Assembly (NCBI RefSeq): GCF_036321535.1
Contig: NC_087436.1
Span: forward strand, 32,986,001-33,050,000
Source: Camelus dromedarius
Lineage: Eukaryota
Length of the DNA: 64,000 nt
Reading direction: 5' to 3'
A program made the position numbers and the translations under genes. Each line of letters opens with the position of its first letter. Within the stretch, counting starts at the first letter, position 1. Positions 53,560-64,000 of the stretch are shown here, one piece after another. A model generated the notes under the pieces. That model worked only from the letters and a program-made list of their open reading frames with translations, was not told the origin of the DNA and made no database searches.

Positions 53560-53780
53560 CTGAGCCCTGGTCATTCTAAGAGATTTGGATTTTCCCAAAC
53601 TCCCACGATATTCAATACTAGCCCATACTGTACTGTATTTTAATTTGTTACTTCTCTTCTCCCTTAGAAAACTGTAAGCTTTCTGAGGCACCATTGTTTT
53701 CCCATGAATGTCCTGAGTGCCCATACCTAGAACAACATAATGCTCACTAATTTCTGTTGAAAGATGGCATAGCTGATTGA
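53560..53780 (+). mobile_element. L2 3' end remnant
   Basis: 'actgtaagctttctgaggca...cctagaacaacataatgctcactaatttctgttgaa'. Confidence 0.65.
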
Positions 53781-54831
53781 ATGAATGCCCATATGAGAAA
53801 AGGCCAAGCACATAGAATACTTAATGGATAGCTATTCAATCTGACATTGTTTAATCTATAACTACTGAAAGGGTTGATCATAAATCTTTTGCATATAAGC
53901 CACTAAACAGCAGAGATGCAGCAACCAGTATTATATTACAATTAAAAAATAGTTTGGTGGTGATATTTTGGATTAATATGCAATAGAAAGTATTTTAAGA
54001 AAAGTGTATATATTGCAAATCAGCCTTAATTGCTGTGTCAGAGCACTTAACTTAAACACAACCCAGTCTCAACTTCTCTCTCAGAAAGCAAGTACAGAAA
54101 TGATGACCTTGGAATTCTATTGGTTGAGGGTTGGAAAAACAGGACCTTTGAAGCCACTTATCTGGTAACATGCAAACACAAGCAAATATCACTGCTACAC
54201 ACTTTATCTTTGCAGCAAAAATATGCAACTATATAGGCAAATTAGGTAGTGCTGTTGGCAGTCTGGAATTTTGCCTTGAGTGCCTCAGGTGACATGGAGT
54301 TTTGACTGTGCCCTGAAAGTACAAGTCAGAATGCTAGGAGTTTCCAGTTTTAGTTTTGTAATGAAATTAGCTGTGAGTGTGATGACTGACGTAACGTATG
54401 CAGTACTATCAGATTTATATCTGACATTAATATGTTGCTTCTGGGTACAGCAGTGACTTTCCCAGTTTTCCCTGTCCCTTGGCCTGTTGGAAGGAAGCCA
54501 TCACAGCACCATGATGTCAGACCAAGGCTCTTTTTCCAGTTGCTGAAACGGCATTTGATGTAGGACACGGCAGCATTTTGTGTGGTCTGCAAATACAATT
54601 CGAGTTCTAAAAGTTTTTCCTTTCCGTTAGTAGTATTGTTCCTCAGTAGAATTGTGTTCATTCTGTGGAAAGTGTTTTTGTACAGTTATTCAAGATTGGG
54701 TATGCTCATATTTGCAGTCATTGAGGCTTAAAATAAGCTGCTTAGGATTTAGGAAAGCAAAATCAGTTTCACTAATATTTGTCTTCTGTGATCTTCAAAG
54801 TTTCCAAATTTAAAATTTACATGTGAGCAGC

Positions 54832-54957
54832 TGTAATGGTTAATGTTATGTGTCAAATTGACTAGGCTGCAGTATCCAGTTGTTTGGTCAAATACTAGTC
54901 TAGGTGTTGCTGTGAAGGTATTTATTAGATGTGATTGACATTTACATTAGTAGACTA
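54832..54957 (+). mobile_element. MLT2 LTR 5' fragment (ERVL)
   Basis: 'tgtaatggttaatgttatgtgtcaaattgactaggc...ctaggtgttgctgtgaaggtattt'. Confidence 0.85.
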
Positions 54958-55619
54958 TATACAGATGAGTATACCAACATGGGAAAAATCTTGAAGAAGT
55001 TTGGAAAACATTAGACTTTGGAATACCTGAAACTTTTTATTTATTTTAAAATTTCTACCTTTCAGTTTAATATTTTGACTGAGTAACACATACAGGTTTT
55101 AAAATTTTAGATGTATTTAAAGAGAAACAATATGAATTTGATGTCAGAGTTAAATGTAATATCTGGCAATAAGGTGACTCTGTAAGATACTACATTAAAA
55201 TATAAATTTGCAGTATAGCTGTGGTAGAAGAATTAAGTATTGGATTATTTTGTCTCAAAGCAGTTCTTATTGATTTCAGTTGGAGGGTTAAATACCGCAC
55301 ATACATACACACACGTGTACACACAGGCCTGTGTATTCGCTGATTCATTCATTCATTCAGTTGTGTATACATCTAAAGGGAGTAGTTTTGTGAATAATTG
55401 GGGTCTGTTTTACTCATTTAGGTCCAGTAATGGAAATGTTTTCAAGAGAGATATTCTTTATTTTTAGAAAATGGAGAATAACAGGTTAATTAACTAATTC
55501 AAGAGAAAGAATATTTCAGCAGGAAACTACAGACATAGATCACTTACTGCCAGTCAGCAATCCCAAATTATTTTAGGAATTAAAGTAGAATGTTTATGGA
55601 TATGTTCAGTATAGAAAAA

Positions 55620-55820
55620 TAATATAGTGTAACAGTTCTGTGAGGGAATTTTGGAGCTGGGTTTGGAGTCTAGCTTTGTTACTTGACTCTATGAATGTGG
55701 CAAGCTTACTTAACCTCCTCATCTATAAAATAGTGGTAACAGTAAGCAAGTCTAGAGGGTTTTGAGGATTACAGGAGCTGCTAGAATAGTGGCTAGCACA
55801 TTGTAGATGCTCAATAAAAT
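55620..55820 (+). mobile_element. MIR SINE
   Basis: 'ggcaagcttacttaacctcctcatctataaaatagtggtaacagta...gcacattgtagatgctcaataaa'. Confidence 0.75.
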
Positions 55821-58800
55821 GATTCTCCAATCCTTTCATCTTCATATGGTTTTTAATACAAAATCAAAATGTAACAAAAGGCTGGGAAGGAGAACATTTT
55901 GTCTTAATATTTTTAAAATGTGTGGCTGAAGGTGACAGTCACCATGTACTTTGTGAAAGTCGTCATTGTACTACACTGATGAAAATGAGAAACGAAAGTG
56001 TCACTAGTGTGTTGCATAAATTTATCTCTGTTAGCCCTTAAATCTGCTTTTTATGAACTGTTCAAATTTCTTAATTTCAATTTTGATATCCTAATGCATG
56101 TTATTGTTTTAAGTGCTTATGAAATGTATTTCACAAAGCGTACACAGCTGTCACAAAGGAAGACTGAAGTAAAAAATAAGATTGATAGCAATTTTCAGAA
56201 TACATTAGACCTCAGAGACACTAGAAATAAATCAGTTCAGACTTAGAAAAATAATCTGGGTGTTGATAAGTACATCCTCCTGTACACTCAGCACACATAT
56301 ACACTCTGAACCTTCATCCTTTCATACTATTGTCATGAACGATTGAACATTATGGCTCTGCCATGAAGCTTTTTCTTGGTACACATCGGAGTCCACATAG
56401 CCTTTGAATGCGTGTCCCACTTGGTTCATTTTTATGGGAATTACTGCATGCAAATGAGGATGAATAATGCATGTTCTGTTTTCATTTCTTGCTAGGGACC
56501 AGAATACCTTTATATGAATTACATCACAAAAATATACTGTAAAATTTTTTTTTTTGCACCATGATGGTCAGACTATTTCACTTCATCCTTCTTCTTGACC
56601 GTCTCTTGAATGGACCCAGTGTTTCTACCAGAATAGGTTTCTCTGACTGGATCATCTATACATGTATAATTCCTCACATTGGGCTTCTGCCATCTGTTTC
56701 ACATTTTATTTCCCATGTATACTTTTTTGGTTCATCATCTGTATTAGTTTGGAACTAATTCCTGAGTAAGAACTAATGTTTTTTTCTGAATCTGTTCTGA
56801 ATTGAAAAGGGTTGGATATTTGGAAAAACCTCTTATGCATAAATTGTGAGCATTATGGGTATTAGTGAAAGTTACTCTACTTTGAGTATTTATGTTGAAT
56901 TATTTTTCAGGTTTTGGTACAACACAGATAATGTTTTCTAACGTGATCTAATGTGGCAATCAATGTCTCTTTAAGAATATACAGGAGAATTGTATGACAG
57001 TCTAATATTTGATGGCCATAACAAGTTCATAGAGAGAAATTTGGAACTTATACATAAAGGTTTCATAAAGGACCACTTGCTGTAAATACGCTGATAGCCA
57101 GGGTTTTCCTTCAGTACTTGCTCTGGAAGAGAAGTATAGTGCCTTAGTGGTATCTTCCTCGAAGCAAAGAGGTACAGTAGATAACTAGTAGCTTCTTCAC
57201 CTTTGCCTGTGACATTTGACGTCAAGAAATAGGAGCCTCCAGGGTAAACTGGGCCACAGCAAGTCTATACTTCTTATTAAGTTCTGAGTTAGCTAAAGTA
57301 TGTATTGTACATATTTTGTTGAGGATGTTTCCAGTTCAGTTTTCAGTCTGTTCAGCCTCAGGAGACTTTTGGAAAAGTTGTAAAGAATGCCAGTAAGTTT
57401 AAGACTTGAAGGCTTGATTGATGTCTTGGACTGCCTGAGCAAACTGGGACATAATGGGAGCCACGGACAGCATGTCTTTGCACTGACCAGAAGCACGGAT
57501 AGCTGCCTATCTTGGGGTTTTCAGGGTGAGAGCAGGGGGAGAAGAACATGGGCACATCCTTAGTCTTCTCTCTCTGGAAGAATGCCTTGGGCTTTTGAAA
57601 AAAGGACAACTCTTCCAAGGAATAATTTATTAAAAGTTTTACATCCTACTTTCAAAATGAGAATTAAACGTAACTTGCTGTCTGGGAGATTTTTAAATTT
57701 ACCTCAGTTTAATTGTAAGAGAAATGTTCTTATTAGACTCTGTCAGGTTTTCTGGGACCTGAACACAATCAAAATGTTTCACAATGTTGGAGAAGAAAGA
57801 CAGCTGAGCAGTTAGTTTGGGCTATTTGTAAGCCTCCAGAACAGCAAACAGTGCTGGTGGAAGGGGCGCTGTGGACAACAGTCTGATTGCCCCATGCAGG
57901 GGTGGCTTCTGAAATACGCAATCATTGCATTTTAGAGGTAGAAGTAATTTAGAAATAAAAGGATCCAGCCACCTTGGTTTCCGTGAACCATACTGTGATG
58001 TCTTAAGTGCAGTTTTTACCTAGTTAATTATGGGGATTTTAAAGAAAACACAGAATCATAAAGAACATGTATTACACCAGATGGCATGGTCGTATTCATG
58101 TAGTTTACTCACGAAAAATAAAAATCTTTGTTCTGGTACTATGTAAGAATGTCTCAGTAGTCGTAAAGTCATCAACTCCAAGAAATGTTTAATCATTTCT
58201 CCATTAAGTGGAGTGGTTAGCCACATCACCCTATTTCTACACACTTGACTGCTCCACCATTGGGAAACATTGTTTTTTTAAAGTTTTGTTTCTCTCCGAT
58301 GCTTATTTCACCAAGCTGTTATATTAAACATTTCCTTTGTCATATCTCTACTGTCAGGTGATGCTAAAATAATAAAACCGCTTTGTATAATTCAACAAAA
58401 AAATGTAATCCATTTATGTTTGACTGAAGAGTCTTTACTTTAGAATAAATCAACAAGACATGCTACGTGTGTAATTATTCCAGGAAACAAAACAACCTTA
58501 AATACTGTTTTTTCCATTTATCTTCTTTTCTGTTCCATTTCAGTTGTTTCCTAGTTTCACAGACTGGCAGGAGTAAACAGTTAAGTGCCTCCCTGCAGGG
58601 TTATGGTCTTGTTGGAACTCTCATAACTTGTGTGTATAGAAAGGCTCCTAACCACTTACCTGCGGCTAATGGCTGTGACTCAGAGGAGTGCTGTAACAGG
58701 ATTTACATGTATATGTATATGCACACATATTCCATACACACACACACTTTTCAGTTTTGTGGAGGATATTGATGACACTTGAGATGTGATGAAGGGAGGA

Positions 58801-59856
58801 CATACCATGTGCTGCTTTCCATAATGGCTGAGATAAATGACTATTAGTCATCAAATGCAAACCATCCCAATCTGAAAGCAGCTCTGCAGAAGAGGAATGT
58901 GCACCTAATTTGGGGGCAAAGAATTATGCAGAATGTGTCCAAGACACCTGCAGAAAATTAAAGACTTACTTCTCTGTATGTGAAATTCTCATGAGGTAAT
59001 TACCCTCAGTGTCAGACATAATACCGCTCCCATTAGACAGAACACATTGAGGGAAAATTGAATAGACTTTTTGTCGGGCGTGCTCCTAAGGATTAATAGG
59101 GCTGTCTAAAGCAGTAATTGGAAGGTTTTCCCCCACTTTGCATGCAGCCATCCTCACTTGTGTCTTTCAGGTTTATTATTAGGCCATTGCCATTCTATTT
59201 ACCACGGAGGCACAAGCATCTTCGTTGTTAACATCTCCTGCCAGCACTGTTGTTTCTTTGGAACGGGCTGCTGCCTTTAACCACTTCCCCTTTTGTGCTG
59301 GCCTTGCCTTGCCTCCCTTTATGTCTCTCCATAGTCACAGTGCCAAGAGCTGGCAGGAAGGGCACTCCTTTCCAGGCATCGCAAAGATGAAAGTGACCAA
59401 ATAGGGCTTGATCAGCTGAAGCGTCTCACTCTGTCCCAGGGCTCTTTCATGCTTCGGGGAACTTCCTCAGCGGGGACGGAGCTGAGAGCTAATCTTTCTG
59501 TGTTTTTGGCATCTGTAGCACCAATATCCAGTTTATAGATCTATACAGCAAATGGTCTCTTTATTTGGATTTTTACTGTGTCGCTAATTATTGCATGGTA
59601 AGGTTTCTGAGCTAAAAGGAGATTCAGAAATTCAGAAAAAGGAGATTCAGAAAAATCATATTATTTTCTCTGCTTCTTTATCATATGGGGCCGTATTAAA
59701 GGATTCATACCGTATTAAAGGATTCATTCATTTGCCATGAGTTGTATTTTATCAGTAACAGTGCTCTGGTTTAGGTTAAACTGAAAGTGAACTTAAAAGT
59801 ACTGGATGTGCAACCAGGTTTTTGTATATCACAATTACTGATTCACGTGTGAAGGA

Positions 59857-59878
59857 TGTGTGTGTGTGTGTGTGTGTG
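59857..59878. repeat. (TG)n microsatellite
   Basis: Direct reading. Confidence 0.95.
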
Positions 59879-61455
59879 TTGTCAGGAGAGATGGAGTTGG
59901 GTGGGATGGGGAATGAGAAAGAAGAATATTTATGTGGACCAATGATTCTGAGAGTCTCCATCTTAAAAATATTGTACATGAAGCTAGGGACTTTAGTTTA
60001 TTAACTCTGCCTTTCAGTGCATATTTGAATGCTTATGTATTCAATGAAAAATACCAGAATGAAAAATTTCTGCCAGTGACAAGGACCTATACAATTAATT
60101 GTGCTAAAATAAGTCAATGAGAATGAAGAGACACCTCCTGTCCCTTCATTTCATTCCTGGCCATTCCTCTTAATTCCTATGGATCAGCTTTGTGACTAAA
60201 TAATGCCATTTCGAGACACTCCAATTTGGTTTGGGGTTGACTCTTTAAAGACAACTAGACAATTTAGAGGATTACTATTGCGGAAATGGTAATTTTAATA
60301 TATTTTATGTTAATGTAAAATATACTCCATTTTCTATTTAGAAGAACTCAAGGAAATCAAATATTTGATTTTGGTCATTTCTCATCTTCTACTTGTGTGC
60401 TTCTTATTCTTCTTACTAGGGTATAAAGTCCTTAAAGATAGATGCTGTCTGATCTCACTTTTACATATCTCCTTCTTTCTGAACACAGCAGACTTGCAAT
60501 AAATACCTGTTAAGTAGAACCCTTTAGGGTAACTGTGATGATTTTCACTAAATGACATAACAGCAGGTGTGCAGATAGCACTTTTAGTTTAGATAGGACG
60601 CTGGCTACTTTCACTTAAACCAAACAATTTTTTTCTGATGCTAAGGGTAAAGAATAAAATAAAAATATTGACCAAGAATAATTTTAGTTTTAAATATTTA
60701 TCTTGCAAGAATTTCTTTTAAGGTACAATGATCAATCTTTAATCTGTAATATTGTCCTTGTAGCTAATTTCATGTATATAATTATACATAAAATAGATGA
60801 ATGTATATGAAATATTATAAACTGTTAAATATATAAAACATATTGACTTGCTTTTTCATATATATAAAAGTTTATGTATGTATATATATACATATATATA
60901 TATATATATGATAGTTATGTTCCAGCTAAAGCAAGCAAAACATGGACATTTACACTTATAAGACTGATAAATCTTTGTTGTAATCAAAGGATTCAACATA
61001 GACAGCTCTTGCTATGCATTTAAATATGATTAAATATTTTAAATTTAGATGCAGAAGTACAAAGAACATAGTACAATGTTTCACACTTAGTAGGTGCTCA
61101 CTAAAAATGGCAGCTGCTATCACTATTCTTGTTCTTCCTTTTAGGCATTTGTGTTCTAGTAGATCTAACACTGTACTTTAACTTATGTTCAGAATATGTC
61201 CTAACTCAGTCCTGTAGTCCTGTGTGAACCTAGGCAAATTTTTTACTTCTAAAATTAAAACTTCCCACATCTTGTGATATATGAAACCATTTGATAAACT
61301 GTAAACTTCTGTATAATTGGAGAGATTATTATTTTGACAGTGTTATTTTCTGGCCTATTTCAAGGACTGCATCAGTTATATAATCCAGCAATATATGGAG
61401 CACATTTACCTGCTTTTCTGTCCATTCTAAGATTCTTCTGCTCTGTGGCTAATAG

Positions 61456-61668
61456 TTTTTTTTTTTTTACTGAAGTATAGTCAGTTTATAAGGGTGTGTC
61501 AATTTCTGGTGTACAGCATAATGTTTCAGTCATATATGTACACACATATATTCATTTCCATATTCTTTTTCATTATAGGTTGCTATAAGATACTGAATAT
61601 AGTTACCTGTGCTATACAGAAGAAACTTGTTGTTTATTTTACATATAGTACTTAGTATCTGCAATCTC
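61456..61668 (-). mobile_element. Young lineage-specific L1 3' end with poly(A) tail (camelid-like)
   Basis: poly-T followed by 'actgaagtatagtcagtttata...tttctggtgtacagcataatgtttcagtcat...gtgctatacagaagaaacttg'. Confidence 0.85.
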
Positions 61669-62859
61669 AAATGCATCACAGTGTATCATGTGAGATGTCA
61701 GTTATAAAGTTTATAGAACTGAGATTTTCAAAACGGCTGTTTCAGATAAAGACCTATTCATCAAAGCACCTACATTTTTGAAATTTAGTCCTGCCAGCCG
61801 AGTGCTGGGAGAGGAGCCAGACTGACAGCTCTACAAGGTGAAATTCCTTCTTTATTTTACCAGACATACTACATTTACCAGCTGGCCTTGGCCAGGAGCC
61901 TTTGTGCCACCCTGGGCAGGACCACCACAGGCCATGAACAGGCTGTTCAGTCTCCAGACCTCCTTGCTTTCTGCCTACCCTCTGGCCCCCAGCCGATTTT
62001 AAGCAAAAGCCTAATTAGTGGTGGTGACACCTGCCCACCAAAGAATGATGGAAGACCATCAGCTCAAGTCTCAAAGATCACTGAATGTCTAGTAGGTTGT
62101 GAAAATATTTGATCATGACTCATTCACCACTTGGACTAGGTTCAAAGTAGGGAACTCATTTCTAATTCCTTCAAGTGTTCAGCTACCTCCTCTGAATAAA
62201 ATACATAATACCACCTAAGTATAACACTATACCCTCTGTGATTTTGGCTCTTCTGCGGGTTGATTATTGTACACCGCCTCAGAGTAAGTTCTCTTTTATT
62301 CTGGCACATCTCTTTGTGTTTGTTACATGATATTAGTAAGGAGATCAGCAAATTTTAAAGTATATTCATGTTGAGAAATTCTTTTGTTTGCTTATTTTTT
62401 ACACTAATGAAAAAACTTACGAAAACAGGGTAAACTTTTTCCTTCATGAATACTTAAAAAGTGAAGCTAGTAATTTTCCTCTGCTTTTTTTTCTATAATA
62501 ATAGCCATTTTATCTTTATCTGTGATTTTTGAATCTTTAATTTGTTACATTCTTGTAGGTGACTTAGAAACACAGAGACGTGCTGAAAATAGTGTGCTAA
62601 TTTTCTTTAACACTCTGTTCAGTATTTTCAAATCCTACTCTGTTCCCCTTACTTTAACCTGTTTAGAGTGTTTTTGTAGTAATTTATTTCCCTCATGACC
62701 ATTTTTGTTAGACTATTTTATTGTTTTCCTAGCTCAGTACTACTTATGCTGTCTAAAATTGAGGGATTAAAAAAATCAATCTCTAAATTGTCAAAGGGGC
62801 AGATAAAATTCATTGGTTAATTTTTTTTTCTCATCAAAGATTCCATATCTTTTAAGGCA

Positions 62860-64000
62860 TATGGTATTTTTTGAATATATTTAGGAAATACATCATACAA
62901 AAGACTATATAAATTCAAATGTACCGGAAATTATAAAAGTAAAAGTAGCACCTATGTACCAATCCTCCAGCTTAAGAAATACAACATAAGCCAGTGTTAC
63001 CCTTCCCAGATCACATTACTTTCCCTTTCTGTATTTTGTGTCTGACCACATGTATACACCCTAACAGTATGTTTACTTTACTGGTGTTGAACTTTGTGAA
63101 AATGAAATTGTAATGTATGGTGTGTGTATTCCATACCTTATATCTTTTGCTCAACATTGTTTGAGATTCACTTTTGTTGCCATGCATAGTACTATATCAT
63201 TCATTTTCATTGCTGAAGAGAATTTCAGTATATGAATGTAACAATTTATTTCTCCATTCCACATAGCTCATATAACCACATAACAACAATAGCTTAACAG
63301 ACTTGTCGAGCATTTGTTTTGGTAAACATTTGTGATCATTGTCAGGAACAACGCTGCTGTGCGTGTTCTTATGTAAGTCTGTTCGTACATAGATGTAAGA
63401 TTTTCTCTTAGGAGTAGAATTTTCTCATAGGGGTTTCTGCATAATCATAGACTCAACTTTAAATGCCAGATATGTTCCAAAGTGTTTGTACACCAGTTAC
63501 ACACACACCAGCAGTGGCCAGGTAGGTGAGTCCTCCACAGTTTTGTTAAAATTGACATTGACTCACTTTAAAATTTTTACATGAAATTCTACTTTGTTGT
63601 GGTTTTAAATTATATTTCCTGATTACTAACAAGGACGAGCACATTTTCATGTTTATGATCCATTTGTTTCCTCTTTTGAAAATTGCTATTCATGTCTGTT
63701 ACAATTTTTATTTGGGTTATTTGTCTTTTTCTTTATGATTAATAAGAATTTTTATATATCCTGAATACTAATTCTTACTTACAGATGCTGCAAATGTTCC
63801 CCCCCCCCAGGCAACTGCTTGTCTATTTATTCTTTTCATGGTGTATTTTGAGAAACAGAAGTTCTTCATTTTAATGTAGCTGAATTTATTGTTTTCTTTA
63901 TGATTGTATCTTTTGTATTTTATTAATGAATCTTTTCCTACCCAGGCTTATTAGTATACTACCCTAGTTGTCAAAGTAGAGATTTATAGGTCTTTATTTT
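62860..64000 (-). mobile_element. Old L1 (L1ME-like) 3' end, running off the window
   Basis: 'cttttgctcaacattgtttgagattca', 'gttgtggttttaaattatatttcctgattactaa', 'gaaacagaagttcttcattttaatgtag'. Confidence 0.85.

Noticed and set aside
54378..54427. C/D box snoRNA-like pattern (TGATGA ... CTGA)
   Set aside because: It spans only about 45 nt, has a minimal terminal stem, and has no guide sequence I recognise.
11712..57875. CTCF-like motifs near 11715, 38440 and 57860
   Set aside because: Each deviates from the core consensus at key positions, so none is supportable without a PWM scan or ChIP data.
1..64000. Most ORFs in the six-frame track, e.g. 7496-7879, 26188-26577, 29086-29499, 32208-32588, 34264-34650, 35905-36273
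   Set aside because: They are short, often start at non-ATG codons, match no protein I recognise, and many lie in TEs or microsatellites. This is what chance produces in AT-rich DNA.
1..64000. Prokaryote-style systems (CRISPR arrays, operons, defence islands)
   Set aside because: The sequence is mammalian. There are no regularly spaced repeats and no dense coding regions.

Overview
AT-rich, CpG-depleted mammalian (eutherian) genomic DNA with no CpG island and no protein-coding gene that I can support. It looks like a large intron or gene desert, with layered transposable-element fossils (MIR, L2, old and young L1, ERVL/LTR16, MaLR MLT1, MLT2, hAT DNA transposons MER20, MER53 and Tip100-like) separated by TE-poor blocks. 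The youngest L1 pieces resemble cetartiodactyl, probably camelid, L1, and I saw no Alu or bovid/pig SINEs, so the species call is inference. The only ORF-track proteins I recognise are TE-derived: L1 ORF2 reverse transcriptase (15983-16907) and a decayed hAT transposase (13076-13285). The most notable structures are: (1) a roughly 3.5 kb fragmented hAT-Tip100-like transposase fossil; (2) a young, internal, tail-less L1 fragment split by 81 bp that seems to be the host transposase's own continuation; (3) a roughly 150 bp copy of nearby unique DNA inside an ERVL relic; (4) a nested L1-in-L1-in-MIR with a 19 bp target-site duplication; and (5) candidate + strand exons, the best a 56 nt one at 37510-37565. 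I found no evidence of a novel multi-gene system. TE family names come from recalled consensus sequences, and most boundaries are approximate.
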